Shown here in pieces: positions 9,061 to 20,115 of a DNA stretch of 64,000 nucleotides. The DNA comes from Kiritimatiellia bacterium. GTDB taxonomy: Bacteria > Verrucomicrobiota > Kiritimatiellia > RFP12 > JBMNHG01. The notes beneath the pieces are model-generated. The model ran no database searches. It was not told the origin of the DNA and saw only the letters and a program-made list of their open reading frames with translations. The number at the start of each line of letters is the position of its first letter. Position 1 is the first letter of the stretch. The stretch spans positions 1 to 64,000 of the forward strand of contig JBMNHG010000004.1 of NCBI GenBank assembly GCA_050950285.1, written 5' to 3'. The translations under genes were made by a program, and so were the position numbers.

Positions 9061-11471
9061 TCGCATCCGGGCCAGGGGGCCCGGTCCGCAATCCGCACCT
9101 CCGGCGAAAGGCCGACGCCAAAGACGGCCTTCACGCGCCGGCGCGCGATGTCCATCAGCGCGAGCACGTCGGAAGCCGTGGCTCCTTCGCCCGCCGCGAT
9201 CACGTTGGCGTGCCGCTCCAGCACTTCGGCTCCGCCCACGCGAAGCCCCTTGCAGCCGGCCTCGTCGAGCATCCGCCCGGCCGGCGCCCCCTCCGGATTG
9301 CGGAAGACGGAGCCGCAGGTGCGCAGCCCGCGCAGGTCGATCCGCTTCGCCCGGAAGGCGGCGCGCCGTTCGCGAAGAACTCCGGGAGCGGCGCGCCGCA
9401 GGCGGATGTCCGCCGAAAGCGCGATGCGTCCCGCGAGCCCGCCGCAATGCCGGTAGCCGTACGCCATCGTGTCGCCCGACAGTATACCGCATCGCCCGTC
9501 CGCGTTCAAACAGCGAATGCGCGCCACGTGGCGGCCTATTTCGTCGCCCTGCGCCCCCGCATTCATCGCGAGCCATCCGCCCAGAACCCCCGGAACGCCC
9601 TCCAGGAACTCGAGCCCCGACAGGCCGTCGCGTTCCAGGCGGTCCAGGAGCGCGGGCCCGGACCAGGCCGCCCCGAGGGACGCGACAACCTCCCCATCGC
9701 CCCCGTCGCGGAGTTCGTAGGGCGGCGCGCCGGGGCAGGCGAGGCGAATCGCGACCCCGCCCGGACCGAGGTCTCCGACAAGGCGGTTCATCCCCGCGCC
9801 CAGCATCTCCCAGGGAATGCCGTGTTTCCAAAGGAGGGCGAGGAGGGCGGAGAGGGCCTCCTCGCTCTCGGACTCGACCAGGAAATCCGCCTTTCCGCCG
9901 ACCCCGTAGCCGGTGCGCAACCCCATCGGCGCGTCGCGTACAACGGCCAGATCCGGAATCGATCGCAGTGCCTCCGCCAGGGAATCGAGGGTCTCCGGCG
10001 CCTCGGGGCCACCTCCGCCGATCGGCGTCGCGCCGCCGATTCCGCCCGTGCGCACCGCTTCCGCGACGTCCCGGGCGGTGTGCGCCACGTTGCCCGCGCC
10101 AATCACGAGCAGCAGGTCGCCCTCGCGCAGGGTCCGGCGAAGGAAGTCGCGCGCCGCATCGAGAGAGGGCGCCAGCAGCGGCGTCGGCGCAGCGTCCGAT
10201 TCGCGGAAGCAACGGTACAGGTCGGTCGCGTGCCCGCCATCGAGCGGCGGCTCCGATGCCGCGAAGACCGGTGCGAGGATCAAGCCGTCCACGCCCTCGA
10301 ACGCGGCGGGGAAGTCGCGCCCGAGCGCCTTCGTGCGCGTGAAGCGGTGGGGCTGGAACAACGCGAGGATCCGCTTCGCGCCTTGCAGCCGCGCGATCTC
10401 GACCAGCGCGCGGATTTCGTCCGGATGGTGCGAATAGTCGGAGACGACGCGGATCCCATGGGCCTGGACCAGGGTGTCGAAGCGGCGTCCGGGGAGCCCG
10501 CCCAGCGAAGCCATCGCCGCGGCAACGCGGTGCGGTTCGTGGCCGAGCGCGATGGCGGCGGCGGCCGCCGCCGTCGCGTTGAGCACGTTGTGCCTGCCGG
10601 GCGCGTCGATGCGGACGTCGCCCAGCGGCATGCCGCGCCAGGCCAGCGAGAAGGTCGTGCCCGTGGCGTCCAGGCGCAGGCCGGTCGCGCGCAAGTCGGC
10701 GCTCCCGGCGAAGCCGAAGCCGATGGAGGGTACGGGGGAGGCCGCCGCGACTTTTGCGGCGCGCCGCGAATCGGCTCCGAAAAGAACGGCATGCCGCGTG
10801 TTCCGCGCGGCGGTGGCGAAGCAGTCGAGGAGTGCCGCCTCGTCGGCGAAGTGCTCCATGTGGTCGAGTCCGATGTTGGTCACCACGAGCAGGTATGGAT
10901 GGTAGGCGGCGAGGGTTCCGTCGCTCTCGTCGGATTCCGCCACGACGATGGAGCCGCGGTGCGTTCCGCCGCCCGAGAAGCCGTCGAGCCCCTCCGCGGT
11001 GCCGCCGATGCACCAGCCCGCATCCTCCCCCAGCGCGCGCAGCAAGCGCGCCGTGAAGGCGGTGGTGGTGGTCTTGCCATGCGTCCCGCACACGGCAATG
11101 GACCGGCAGGCGTCGAGCAGCGCGGCCAGGACGATCCCGCGAGGAGGCGTCGGGATGCCGAGTTCCACGGCGCGCCGCACCTCCGGATGGTCGGCGGGCA
11201 CGGCGGCCGTGCGCACCAGCAGGTCGCATCCGGCGTCGACGTGCGAGACATCGTGGCCCGGGAACACCTCCACCCCGTGGCGGCGCAGCCAGTCCGCCGT
11301 GGCGCCGTCCGCATCCGCGTCGCACCCGGTGACCTTCCATCCCGTCCTCGCCAGCCATGCCGCGACGCCCGCCACCCCCACGCCGCACACCCCCATCGCG
11401 TGGGCGCGCCGGCAGGAGGCGCCGTCGCGCGGCGCGGGCAGGGAGAACGGGATGGGGCGGGGGAGGCTCAT
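9057..11471 (-). CDS. murC-murB: Bifunctional MurC (UDP-MurNAc--L-Ala ligase) - MurB (UDP-N-acetylenolpyruvoylglucosamine reductase) fusion
   Basis: N-terminal part: GVCGVGV, GTHGKTTT, ESDESDG, NIGLDHM, DYSHHP, FQPHRFTRT (MurC). C-terminal part: VGGKAD, GAGMN, GLEFLEGVPGVLGGWLAMNAGA, GSVFRNP, HANVI, EVRI (MurB). Single 804-aa ORF. Confidence 0.9.
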   Translation of the reverse strand: MSLPRPIPFSLPAPRDGASCRRAHAMGVCGVGVAGVAAWLARTGWKVTGCDADADGATADWLRRHGVEVFPGHDVSHVDAGCDLLVRTAAVPADHPEVRRAVELGIPTPPRGIVLAALLDACRSIAVCGTHGKTTTTAFTARLLRALGEDAGWCIGGTAEGLDGFSGGGTHRGSIVVAESDESDGTLAAYHPYLLVVTNIGLDHMEHFADEAALLDCFATAARNTRHAVLFGADSRRAAKVAAASPVPSIGFGFAGSADLRATGLRLDATGTTFSLAWRGMPLGDVRIDAPGRHNVLNATAAAAAAIALGHEPHRVAAAMASLGGLPGRRFDTLVQAHGIRVVSDYSHHPDEIRALVEIARLQGAKRILALFQPHRFTRTKALGRDFPAAFEGVDGLILAPVFAASEPPLDGGHATDLYRCFRESDAAPTPLLAPSLDAARDFLRRTLREGDLLLVIGAGNVAHTARDVAEAVRTGGIGGATPIGGGGPEAPETLDSLAEALRSIPDLAVVRDAPMGLRTGYGVGGKADFLVESESEEALSALLALLWKHGIPWEMLGAGMNRLVGDLGPGGVAIRLACPGAPPYELRDGGDGEVVASLGAAWSGPALLDRLERDGLSGLEFLEGVPGVLGGWLAMNAGAQGDEIGRHVARIRCLNADGRCGILSGDTMAYGYRHCGGLAGRIALSADIRLRRAAPGVLRERRAAFRAKRIDLRGLRTCGSVFRNPEGAPAGRMLDEAGCKGLRVGGAEVLERHANVIAAGEGATASDVLALMDIARRRVKAVFGVGLSPEVRIADRAPWPGCE

Positions 11472-11532
11472 GGCGGCAGGGGATTCGCTCCGGGAGTTGT
11501 GGCGAGGGGTGGCAAAGACGGCGGGCGGCGCA

Positions 11533-14331
11533 TCAGATCGCCTGGAGCCAGTCTTCGCCCACGCCGATGTCGACGTCGAGCGGCACGCCGATGTCGAGGG
11601 CGCCCGTCATCGCCTCGCGGACGAGCGGGCGGACGACCTCCACTTCGTCGCGGGGCACGTCGAAGAGCAGTTCGTCGTGCACTTGCAGCACCATCTTCGT
11701 CCGCAGGCCGGCCGCATCCAGCGCCGCGTGGGCCCGCACCATGGCCAGCTTGACGAGGTCGGCGGCCGTTCCTTGCACGGGCGTGTTGATGGCGTTGCGC
11801 TCGGCGGCCTGCCGCGCGACGGCGTTCCGCGACGAGATGTCGCGCAGCGTGCGGCGGCGCCCCGTCCAGGTTTCGGCGTAGCCCTTTTCGCGGGCCAGGG
11901 CGATGGCGCGGTCCATGTACGCCTTCACGCCGGGGTATTGTTCGAAGTAGCTTTCGATCAACTCCGCCGCCTGCTTGCGCGGGATGCCCAGGCGCTGGCC
12001 GAGGCCGAAGGCGGAGATGCCGTAGATGATGCCGAAGTTGACCATCTTGCAATGGGAGCGCATTTCGGGCGTAACGGCTTCGGCGGGGACGCCGTAGACG
12101 CGCGTGGCGGTTTCGGCGTGGATGTCCGCCCCGCGCGCGAAGGCCTCGAGCATTCCCGCGTCGCCGCTCAGCGCCGCCATCACGCGCAATTCGATCTGCG
12201 AATAGTCGGCCGACATCAGCAGGTGCCCGGCGTCGCGCGGCACGAAGGCGGCGCGCACCCGCTTGCCCTGCGCCGAGCGCACCGGGATGTTCTGCAGGTT
12301 GGGGTCGTACGAGGAGAGGCGCCCCGTTTCGGTCATCGCCTGGCTGAAGTGGGTATGGATGCGCCCCGTTTCGGGCCGGATCCACGTGGGAAGCTTGTCC
12401 ACGTAGGTGGATTTGAGCTTGCTGCTGGCGCGATGTTCGAGGATGGCGCCCACGATGGGATGGCGGGAGGAGAGCTTCAGGAGGGTCTCTTCGTCGGTCG
12501 CGTACTGTCCGGAGGGCGTGCGCCGCGCGTTGGGATCGAGCTTCATGCGGTCGAAGAGGAGTTCGCCCAGCTGTTTCGGCGAGGCGATGTTCACGGGCGG
12601 CGGCGCGGGGGAGGGTACGCCCGCGAAGAGCGGCAGGTCGCCGGCGGATTCGGCATCCCGCGTCTTCTGGGCCTCGGCGGCGTAGGCCTGGATGCGCGAC
12701 TCCAGGGAGCGGAGTTCCTCCTCCAATTCGTCGCCGAAGGCATGCAGGGCGGCCGGGTCGATCCGCACGCCCTCCAACTCCATTTCGACGAGCGTCCGCA
12801 CGAGCGGCTCCTCGCTTTCGGCGAGCGCGCGGCGGAGGCCGGCGGCTTCGACGTCGGCCTCCAGGCGCCGGTGGAGCCGCAGGGTGAAGTCGGCGTCCTC
12901 GCAGGCGTAGTCGGCGATTTCGCGCGGCGGAAGGTCGGCCATGTTCCGCTGGTCTTTCCCGCGCGGGCCGATCAGCCGCTCGATGGGGATCTTCTCGTAG
13001 TGGAGGTACTGGCGGCAGAGGGTGTCGAGGTCGTGGCGTCCGGCGGCATCGAGGACGTAGTGTTCGAGGAGGGTGTCGCGGATTTCGCCGCGCAGGCGGA
13101 TGCCCTGGCGGCGCAAGACGGCGATGTCGTACTTGAGGTTGTGGCCCACGCGCGTCTTCGACGGATCCTCGAGAAGACGGCGCAGCAGCGCGATGGCCGC
13201 GCCGCAGGCGGCATCCTCCGGCGGCGGCACGGGCAGGTACCAGGCCTTTCCGGGGACGGAACAGAAGGAGGCTCCCACGATGCGGGCAGCCCACGGGTCG
13301 AGGCTGGAGGTCTCGGTGTCGATCGCATAGAACGGCGCGGCGGAAAGTTCGGCCTCGAGTTCGGCGCGAAGTTCCGGGGTGTCTGCGCAGCGGTAGTCGT
13401 GGGGGATGGTGGCGAGGGTGGCGAAGGGCGTCTCCGCGTCCGACGCCTTTTCGAACGAGTCGTCGCCCAGCAACCGCCGGCCGACGGCGAACAGCTCGTA
13501 TTTCGCGAGGACGGCGCGCAAGGCGTCCACGTCCGGCTCGCGCCGGACGAGGTCGTCGAGCGTGACGTCCAGCGGAACGTCCCGGCGGATGGTGGCGAGG
13601 AAGCGGCTCAGTCGCGCGGATTCGGCGCCGGCGGCGACCTTCTCGCCCAGTTTGCCGGGAATTTCCGAGGCATGGGCCAGGACGGCGTCGAGCGAGCCGT
13701 ATTGCCGCAGAAGCGACAGCGCGGTCTTCTCGCCTACGCCCGGAATGCCCGGGATGTTGTCGGAGGCGTCCCCCTCCATCGCGAGCAGGTCGACGATTTG
13801 CGAGGCGTCCGCGACACCCCATTGCGAACGCACTTCGTCCGGACCGAAGATTTCGGCGGGAGAGGCCCCTTTGCCGGGACGGAAGAGGCTGATCATGGGG
13901 GATACGAGCTGCGCGGCGTCCTTGTCCGGCGTGGCGAGCACGGCGGGAAGCCCGGCGTCGGCCGCGACGGTGGCGAGGGCGCCCAGCACGTCGTCCGCCT
14001 CGAACCCCTCCACGCGCAGGGTGGGGATGCGCATGGCTTCGGCCAACTCCCGGGCCTGGGGAATGGCGGCGGCGAGGTCTTCCGGCATCTTCTGGCGCTT
14101 CGCCTTGTAGGCGGGGAAGGCGTCGTGGCGGAAGGTGGGGGTGGTCGAATCGAAGGCCAGCGCCAGGTGCGTGGGATCGTGCTCCGCGAGAATCTGGGCG
14201 AGGCTGGCCGCAAAGCCGTGCAGGGCGGAGGTGTTGACGCCGGAACTCGTGATGCGCGGTTTCTTCAGGAAGGCGAAATACCCCCGGTAAAGGAAGGGCA
14301 TCACGTCGATGACAAAGAGTTTTCCGTCCAT
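11533..14331 (-). CDS. polA: DNA polymerase I
   Basis: 5'-3' exonuclease (EADD, DKD, GDASDNIPGIPGVGEKTA); 3'-5' exonuclease (DTET, HNLKYD, YACED); polymerase motifs TGRLSS, ADYSQIELR, KMVNFGIIYG, QVHDEL. Confidence 0.97.
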   Translation of the reverse strand: MDGKLFVIDVMPFLYRGYFAFLKKPRITSSGVNTSALHGFAASLAQILAEHDPTHLALAFDSTTPTFRHDAFPAYKAKRQKMPEDLAAAIPQARELAEAMRIPTLRVEGFEADDVLGALATVAADAGLPAVLATPDKDAAQLVSPMISLFRPGKGASPAEIFGPDEVRSQWGVADASQIVDLLAMEGDASDNIPGIPGVGEKTALSLLRQYGSLDAVLAHASEIPGKLGEKVAAGAESARLSRFLATIRRDVPLDVTLDDLVRREPDVDALRAVLAKYELFAVGRRLLGDDSFEKASDAETPFATLATIPHDYRCADTPELRAELEAELSAAPFYAIDTETSSLDPWAARIVGASFCSVPGKAWYLPVPPPEDAACGAAIALLRRLLEDPSKTRVGHNLKYDIAVLRRQGIRLRGEIRDTLLEHYVLDAAGRHDLDTLCRQYLHYEKIPIERLIGPRGKDQRNMADLPPREIADYACEDADFTLRLHRRLEADVEAAGLRRALAESEEPLVRTLVEMELEGVRIDPAALHAFGDELEEELRSLESRIQAYAAEAQKTRDAESAGDLPLFAGVPSPAPPPVNIASPKQLGELLFDRMKLDPNARRTPSGQYATDEETLLKLSSRHPIVGAILEHRASSKLKSTYVDKLPTWIRPETGRIHTHFSQAMTETGRLSSYDPNLQNIPVRSAQGKRVRAAFVPRDAGHLLMSADYSQIELRVMAALSGDAGMLEAFARGADIHAETATRVYGVPAEAVTPEMRSHCKMVNFGIIYGISAFGLGQRLGIPRKQAAELIESYFEQYPGVKAYMDRAIALAREKGYAETWTGRRRTLRDISSRNAVARQAAERNAINTPVQGTAADLVKLAMVRAHAALDAAGLRTKMVLQVHDELLFDVPRDEVEVVRPLVREAMTGALDIGVPLDVDIGVGEDWLQAI

Positions 14332-14341
14332 TTCGCCCTCC

Positions 14342-15325
14342 TCATGCCTTGGCGGCGGGCCGCTGGACCAGTACGGCGCAGATGATGACCAGGCCCTTCG
14401 CGGCGTTTTGCAGATAGGGCGACACGCCCACCAGATTCAGCATGTTGTTCACGATGCCCAGGATGATCGCGCCCAGCACGGTGCCCCACACCGTCCCGCG
14501 CCCGCCGCTCATCGACGTGCCGCCGATGATCACCGCCGCGATCGCGTCGAGCTCGTAGTTGAGCCCGCCCGTGGTGGAGCTGATGGAATTCATGCGGGCG
14601 GAGAGGAGCGAGGCCGCGACGCCCACGGAGATGCCGGACAGCACGTAGGTCGCGAAGCGGATCCTGGGCACGGAAATCGCGGCGAAGGTCGCCACCCGCT
14701 CGTTCGCGCCGACCGCCAGCACGTGCCGCCCGAAGCGCGTCCCATGCAGCAGCAGGCTCGCGAGCGCGGCCAGCAGCAGAAAGGCCCAGACCGGCGTGGG
14801 AAGCCCGAGCCAGTACCCCATGCCGAAATCGGCGAAGGCGTCGACGTTGGATTTGAATTCGCCCGCGCCGGAGAAGAAAAGCGCCAGCGAACGGAAGATC
14901 GACATCGTGCCCAGCGTGGCGATGAAGGGGACCACGCGGCCAACGCTCACCAGCGCCCCGTTGATGGCGCCGCCCGCCGCGCCCGCCGCGACGCCGGCGA
15001 GGATCCCGAGCGCCACCAGCGTCCACGGGCGCTCCGCCAGATACGGGAACCGTTGGTCCAGCGCATTCATCGCAAGGATGGCGAGGCCCCCGGAAAGCGC
15101 AGTGAGCGACCCCACGGAAAGGTCGATCCCGCCCGCGAGAAGGACGAAGGTCATGCCGATGCCGATGATGCCCGTGTAGGAGACCTGGCGCAGGATGTTC
15201 AGCAGATTGCCGGAACGCAGGAAAACCCCCTCGTCCAGACACAGGCTTGTGATGGCGGCGGCGGCGAAGACGACGACAAAAGCAATCAGCGCGCCGAACG
15301 CCTGCACATCGAATTTGCGTTTCAT
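14342..15325 (-). CDS. Monosaccharide ABC transporter permease (RbsC-like), with no ATPase or binding-protein gene adjacent
   Basis: GIDLSVGS, PFIATLG, TRFGRHVLAVGANE, YELDAIAAVIIGGTSMSGGRG. Likely start MKRKFD at 15325. Confidence 0.88.
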   Translation of the reverse strand: MKRKFDVQAFGALIAFVVVFAAAAITSLCLDEGVFLRSGNLLNILRQVSYTGIIGIGMTFVLLAGGIDLSVGSLTALSGGLAILAMNALDQRFPYLAERPWTLVALGILAGVAAGAAGGAINGALVSVGRVVPFIATLGTMSIFRSLALFFSGAGEFKSNVDAFADFGMGYWLGLPTPVWAFLLLAALASLLLHGTRFGRHVLAVGANERVATFAAISVPRIRFATYVLSGISVGVAASLLSARMNSISSTTGGLNYELDAIAAVIIGGTSMSGGRGTVWGTVLGAIILGIVNNMLNLVGVSPYLQNAAKGLVIICAVLVQRPAAKA

Positions 15326-15331
15326 CCCGCA

Positions 15332-15360
15332 ACTGTACCCCAAACCGCGCCTCTCTCCAA
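15332..15360 (-). promoter_or_regulatory. Sigma70-like promoter, probably giving a leaderless transcript
   Basis: TTGGAG-17 bp-TACAGT, ending 6 nt before the ATG at 15325. Confidence 0.45.
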
Positions 15361-15525
15361 GCAGAGTCTTTCCCGCCGGGCATCCGGCCGAAACGCTTCA
15401 TCCGCCCCGAGGGGCGCGACATCGGTGTTTCCAGCCATACGCATCTTCTCGAAACCCGCTTCGACGCCGATATTCGCCTTTACAGGGTGAGCCTGCTCGA
15501 GCCGAGCCAGCCGTCCGCAGGATGT

Positions 15526-16809
15526 CTATGGGGTGCTAGCCGGACTTTTCCCGTTTTTCCGGACTCGCTTCGGGCTGGCTAGCATTGTGGAGACTTGCCG
15601 CAACCACTTTTCATCCTCTGCAACCACGCAAAGAGCAATCATCAAGGAAACTTCACCCCGATAACCGCCAAAAGGGGAAAACAAGATTGCCCACCCCATT
15701 GAGATCGCCTTCAGAACCGCAAAGGGCGCCAGCGATTGAAGGCGCATGACCTTTTTTTGAACGAAATGCATAATCAAATAAAGCACATAACACCAAAACA
15801 AAAGCCCGAAGATGCCGTTTTGCACCCAAGCACCCACCAACGCGGAATGCCCCGGCAAGCGATCATCGTCCGTATACCCCCAACGATCCCGATAAGAAGA
15901 CCCCGACCCCACAATTGGATGGCGACGAAGAAAGGGCCACGCCCGCACGATATCATCACGGCTGCCCAATACGCCGGATTCCGAGTCCACCATTTCCGCA
16001 TAGTATTTGTTATATTCATCCTCGCCTAATTTTCCTTGAAGAGCCAAATTTTTGTAGATTGAAAAGGTGAACGCACCAACAATTGCGCCTGCAATACACA
16101 GGATCGTAAAATTCCGGATAAACAGCCGTGCGAGTCGTTTGAAGTAGGCATAACCGATGAAAAACACACTGCCCATCAAATTCACTCCAAACGTTGAACG
16201 AGAACCTCCATGGATTAACATAAAGAATGCTGAAAAGATGAGAACAACAATGACCACTATCCAAGGCAACCCATGAAGCGCAACCAAAGGGAACAATACG
16301 GAATAGATGATCGCTTTGAAATAAAGCGGGTAAACCTGCTTTTCCTGCAAATAGTCCTGAAGACCACCGTGGCCTATAAAACCGGCTTTTTCTGCAAAAA
16401 CGAGAAGTGAGCCATTCTGGAAATAATACAAGGAGATCACACAACTGAGACCATTTCCCACAACGAACCACATCCAGGTCCGATAATCCTCTTTCAGCAG
16501 CCAGATTCCGACCACTAGCATGCACCAGACATTGAATACAATCGCATTCCCTTTAAGCGCTACGTCAAAATATTCCTGTCGCCACCAGTTCGAGAACACG
16601 GCGCCGAACAGCCATAGCAAAGCCCACAACAACACTTTATGCTCTGCACGGGTAAATTTCGGAAAATTGATGTAAAACAAAAGAGGCCCAAGAAAAAATG
16701 CGGCCAAATCGAACATCGCAATGCGTCCAAATGGCGTTGGGACAAACAACATGGATCCAAGTCCACACAAAAACGCAAATGCCAATAAGTATTTATTTGT
16801 TTTTTTCAT
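15526..16809 (-). CDS. O-antigen polymerase/ligase (Wzy/WaaL-like) membrane protein
   Basis: About 10 TM segments, GGSRS motif, HPIVGSG...HSALVGAWVQNGIFG periplasmic loop motif. Confidence 0.7.
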   Translation of the reverse strand: MKKTNKYLLAFAFLCGLGSMLFVPTPFGRIAMFDLAAFFLGPLLFYINFPKFTRAEHKVLLWALLWLFGAVFSNWWRQEYFDVALKGNAIVFNVWCMLVVGIWLLKEDYRTWMWFVVGNGLSCVISLYYFQNGSLLVFAEKAGFIGHGGLQDYLQEKQVYPLYFKAIIYSVLFPLVALHGLPWIVVIVVLIFSAFFMLIHGGSRSTFGVNLMGSVFFIGYAYFKRLARLFIRNFTILCIAGAIVGAFTFSIYKNLALQGKLGEDEYNKYYAEMVDSESGVLGSRDDIVRAWPFLRRHPIVGSGSSYRDRWGYTDDDRLPGHSALVGAWVQNGIFGLLFWCYVLYLIMHFVQKKVMRLQSLAPFAVLKAISMGWAILFSPFGGYRGEVSLMIALCVVAEDEKWLRQVSTMLASPKRVRKNGKSPASTP

Positions 16810-17869
16810 AGATCGCCTTACATTGCCGATAAGCGTTCGCAGTAAAAATAGCTGTCTTATCCCAAGTTAGCTCACGATAGTTGCTACATTCTTTTACGGA
16901 AAGCCGCCCCCTCTCCCAGGCTGAAACCACTGCCAACCGAAGGGATTCAACCGATAACGGATCAAAATATTCGGCGTCCCATCCATAATACTGGCTTGTC
17001 CCTCCTTCAAACGAAACAACAGGGCGAGCACCAAGTGCCGCAGCCTCCAATAAGGCGATTCCAGGCGTTTCGCAATTTGAAGGCAGACATGCAACTCGTG
17101 CGAATTTCAATGTCTGGTAAAATGCTTCACTGCCATGAGGAATATGTCCCGTGAACAGCATATTTGAAGAGGCATATCGCTTATAGGCATCGCCCCCGCC
17201 TCCCATAAACACAATTCCGTAGGGTGTATCACGGAACGCCTCCATTAACAGTCTCTGATTCTTTCTCGGCGCAAAGATTCCGGGACAAACGATATATTCA
17301 TCGGCCGGGACAAAATTTGGTCTTTGCAGCTTATCCACCCATGCCGGAATGGGATCAATCGCGTTCGGAACAGAAATAACGGTTGCACCTTTTTTTGTCA
17401 GGCAATAACGTGAAAAATTCCGGACTTCATCCGACGAATTTGGAAGAATCAAGTCATATCCCTTGTAGGAAAAAAATGTTCTCACACCAAACATGGCCAA
17501 AAGGTCACGAAGCAAATCCACGAACAATCGCAAACTCATTCCTTGATTTCTGGCCAACACCAGATTGTAACGGAACGATCTCCAAAAAATAGAGGATGCC
17601 ACAAGCGGAACATCGAGTGCAGAGAATCTTTCGATGAATTTCGAAGGAATTGGCGGGATTGCGTGAATGATATCATAGTCTTTGTAAAATGAATTCCAGA
17701 CTCCTACCCTTTCTCCTTTCGCATCCGAAACAGTTCCCTTTTCATCGACATAGTTATGTGCCACGGTATGCCCTGCATTCTGCAGCGCCTGCGCAGTCTT
17801 GACAGCCTGCAAGCAATCGCCAGTCTTATCATTCCGCCTATGCGCAAACGTGACAATCGCAATCTTCAT
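16793..17869 (-). CDS. Glycosyltransferase, GT4/GT-B family
   Basis: [28 protein letters not shown] (EX7E), TWDKTA. Confidence 0.85.
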   Translation of the reverse strand: MKIAIVTFAHRRNDKTGDCLQAVKTAQALQNAGHTVAHNYVDEKGTVSDAKGERVGVWNSFYKDYDIIHAIPPIPSKFIERFSALDVPLVASSIFWRSFRYNLVLARNQGMSLRLFVDLLRDLLAMFGVRTFFSYKGYDLILPNSSDEVRNFSRYCLTKKGATVISVPNAIDPIPAWVDKLQRPNFVPADEYIVCPGIFAPRKNQRLLMEAFRDTPYGIVFMGGGGDAYKRYASSNMLFTGHIPHGSEAFYQTLKFARVACLPSNCETPGIALLEAAALGARPVVSFEGGTSQYYGWDAEYFDPLSVESLRLAVVSAWERGRLSVKECSNYRELTWDKTAIFTANAYRQCKAIYEKNK

Positions 17870-18996
17870 TCGGCAATCCTCAAGAATTGAACAATCCTCT
17901 GGGCCGCTTTTCCGTCGCCATAAGGATTCGCTCCTCTTGACATCCTGTCATAAGCCTCCGCGTTCATCAACAACTCCTCCACATTCCGGACAATTGTATC
18001 ACGGTCGGTTCCTACCAACTTTACAACACCTGCGTCAACGGCCTCTGGACGTTCCGTTGTATCCCGCATAACCAAAACGGGTTTCCCAAGACTCGGCGCC
18101 TCTTCCTGAACTCCTCCCGAATCCGTAAGAATAAGATGAGCTCTGCTCATCAAGGCAACAAACGCCAAATACGACTGCGGTTCGATCAGGTGGATATTCC
18201 GCAATATTTCTCCACGCAAAATGCGTTCGACAGGCTCTCTGACATTCGGGTTCAGATGGACGGGGTAAACGAATTGTACATCTGGAAAACGATGTGCCAA
18301 TTCTGCTATTGCGTGACAAATGTTCTCAAAACCTTCGCCGAAGTTTTCGCGTCGATGCCCCGTGATAAGCACCATTTTACTTTCGCCCAAACACCTTAAG
18401 CTGTCTCCAGGAAGACCCGCAATACGGGGGGAATGTTCCCTGATCTTTTCGATCGCCAGAAATAGAGCGTCGATTACCGTGTTGCCCGTGACATAAATGC
18501 GCTCATCCGGCACATGTTCGCGCAACAAAGTCTGTCTATTTCTTTCAGTCGGCGCGAAATGCCATCGGGCAAGACGTGTTGTCAACACACGGTTCGCCTC
18601 TTCAGGCCATGGCGAAGCCATATTTCCAGTTCTCAGGCCGGCTTCCACATGTCCGATAGGAATCTTATGATAAAAAGCAGTTAAGGCCGCACAGAATACC
18701 GTTGTCGTATCCCCTTGGACTAAAACGACATCGGGTTTCGCTTCAGCCAAATACCGATCCAGCGCTTCGATGGCACGCACCGTAAGCCCGCCGAGCGACT
18801 GATTCGCGCGCATCAGACCGAGATCGACATCCGGCACAACTCCAAAAACCGGCAACACCTGATCGAGCATCTCGCGATGCTGCCCCGTGACACAAACCTT
18901 ACAGTCAAAATTCGAATGCTTTTTAAGTTCAAGAATGACAGGACAAAGCTTGATTGCTTCCGGTCGCGTTCCAAAAATCACAGATACTCTTCTCAT
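17866..18996 (-). CDS. wecB: UDP-N-acetylglucosamine 2-epimerase (non-hydrolysing)
   Basis: [52 protein letters not shown]. Confidence 0.95.
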   Translation of the reverse strand: MRRVSVIFGTRPEAIKLCPVILELKKHSNFDCKVCVTGQHREMLDQVLPVFGVVPDVDLGLMRANQSLGGLTVRAIEALDRYLAEAKPDVVLVQGDTTTVFCAALTAFYHKIPIGHVEAGLRTGNMASPWPEEANRVLTTRLARWHFAPTERNRQTLLREHVPDERIYVTGNTVIDALFLAIEKIREHSPRIAGLPGDSLRCLGESKMVLITGHRRENFGEGFENICHAIAELAHRFPDVQFVYPVHLNPNVREPVERILRGEILRNIHLIEPQSYLAFVALMSRAHLILTDSGGVQEEAPSLGKPVLVMRDTTERPEAVDAGVVKLVGTDRDTIVRNVEELLMNAEAYDRMSRGANPYGDGKAAQRIVQFLRIAE

Positions 18997-19004
18997 ACTC
19001 TCCT

Positions 19005-20111
19005 TCAGTTGACCATCTTGCCTAACAAAACCAAGGATTGTTTACGAATTCCTCTTAACTTAGTGTAATCAGCAGTGGAACAATCCAAAAGCAATATTTG
19101 GTTATCACTATCCGAGGCAAATATTTTGGGGGTAACTTCAGAATTCAGAATAAGAGTATCAATGCGAGAATTGGGGTCATGTCCGGTATTTCTGAGATGC
19201 AAGTACAAAAGCTTGCCAAATATCATTGAGAAGGCCGATGCATGAAATGAGTTCGTGAACACTGCCTTGGCCTCATTGATGGCATTTAAGAATTCACAAG
19301 GCCCCATTGTCACTTTCCCGCGTAATGGGATAGAATCAAGTCCCGGAACGAGAACGTCCACTAAATCAACATTATGTTCATGGGCATACCGGCTCGCTTG
19401 ATCATGAAGCACCGAAGACCGCCTGACATTATAAAGAAATACGTACGGTTTGCGAACCTTCGTTGATTGTTTCGCAAATTGCAGCCAAAATCCCTTTTCA
19501 TGCAACAAAACAGGATCCAGAACCGTATGAACCGGTTGTTGGATCATGTCCCCGACATAGTTTGCCCCCGCGTATTCGCGCATGGTGATTATATTGAACG
19601 ACTTCCAGGCATTGACGAATTCAGGAACCAAACTCTTTGGCCGAATGCCATCAACGCCAATACTGGCCGCATACGCATTTTTCTTCCTCCCATCCTTGAC
19701 GAAATCAAGCAAATAGGTTCGGTCGAACTTTTGCGGGGATACGGCAGAGTTAAGAGGATTCCATACCTGATCGCTTCCTACAATAAACGAATCGAAAAGC
19801 CCCTCCAGTTTAAACAATTCCTCCCGGCGATCGATGGGCTCTGACATCGGGAATTGGCTTCTAAAGTCTGCAAATAGTTTCCGCGCGTGACGTTCCGTGA
19901 ACAAGAAGTGAAGCAAGTGTTTAAGGGCAGGCACAGGGTTTCTATGCATTCGCCATGCTCGGTGATAGAGCCATTCGTAGTGCGGGCAGCGCCAATCGAG
20001 AATCATGCCGTCCGCGCCCAATTCCCCAATCGCCATAACCAACGCGAACGCTTGCAGAACAGCGCCAAAATTATTCGCTCTATGCGTTGTTAAAACAGCA
20101 ACCTTTTTCAT
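19005..20111 (-). CDS. Polysaccharide pyruvyl transferase family protein
   Basis: [40 protein letters not shown]. Confidence 0.85.
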   Translation of the reverse strand: MKKVAVLTTHRANNFGAVLQAFALVMAIGELGADGMILDWRCPHYEWLYHRAWRMHRNPVPALKHLLHFLFTERHARKLFADFRSQFPMSEPIDRREELFKLEGLFDSFIVGSDQVWNPLNSAVSPQKFDRTYLLDFVKDGRKKNAYAASIGVDGIRPKSLVPEFVNAWKSFNIITMREYAGANYVGDMIQQPVHTVLDPVLLHEKGFWLQFAKQSTKVRKPYVFLYNVRRSSVLHDQASRYAHEHNVDLVDVLVPGLDSIPLRGKVTMGPCEFLNAINEAKAVFTNSFHASAFSMIFGKLLYLHLRNTGHDPNSRIDTLILNSEVTPKIFASDSDNQILLLDCSTADYTKLRGIRKQSLVLLGKMVN

Positions 20112-20115
20112 GATA

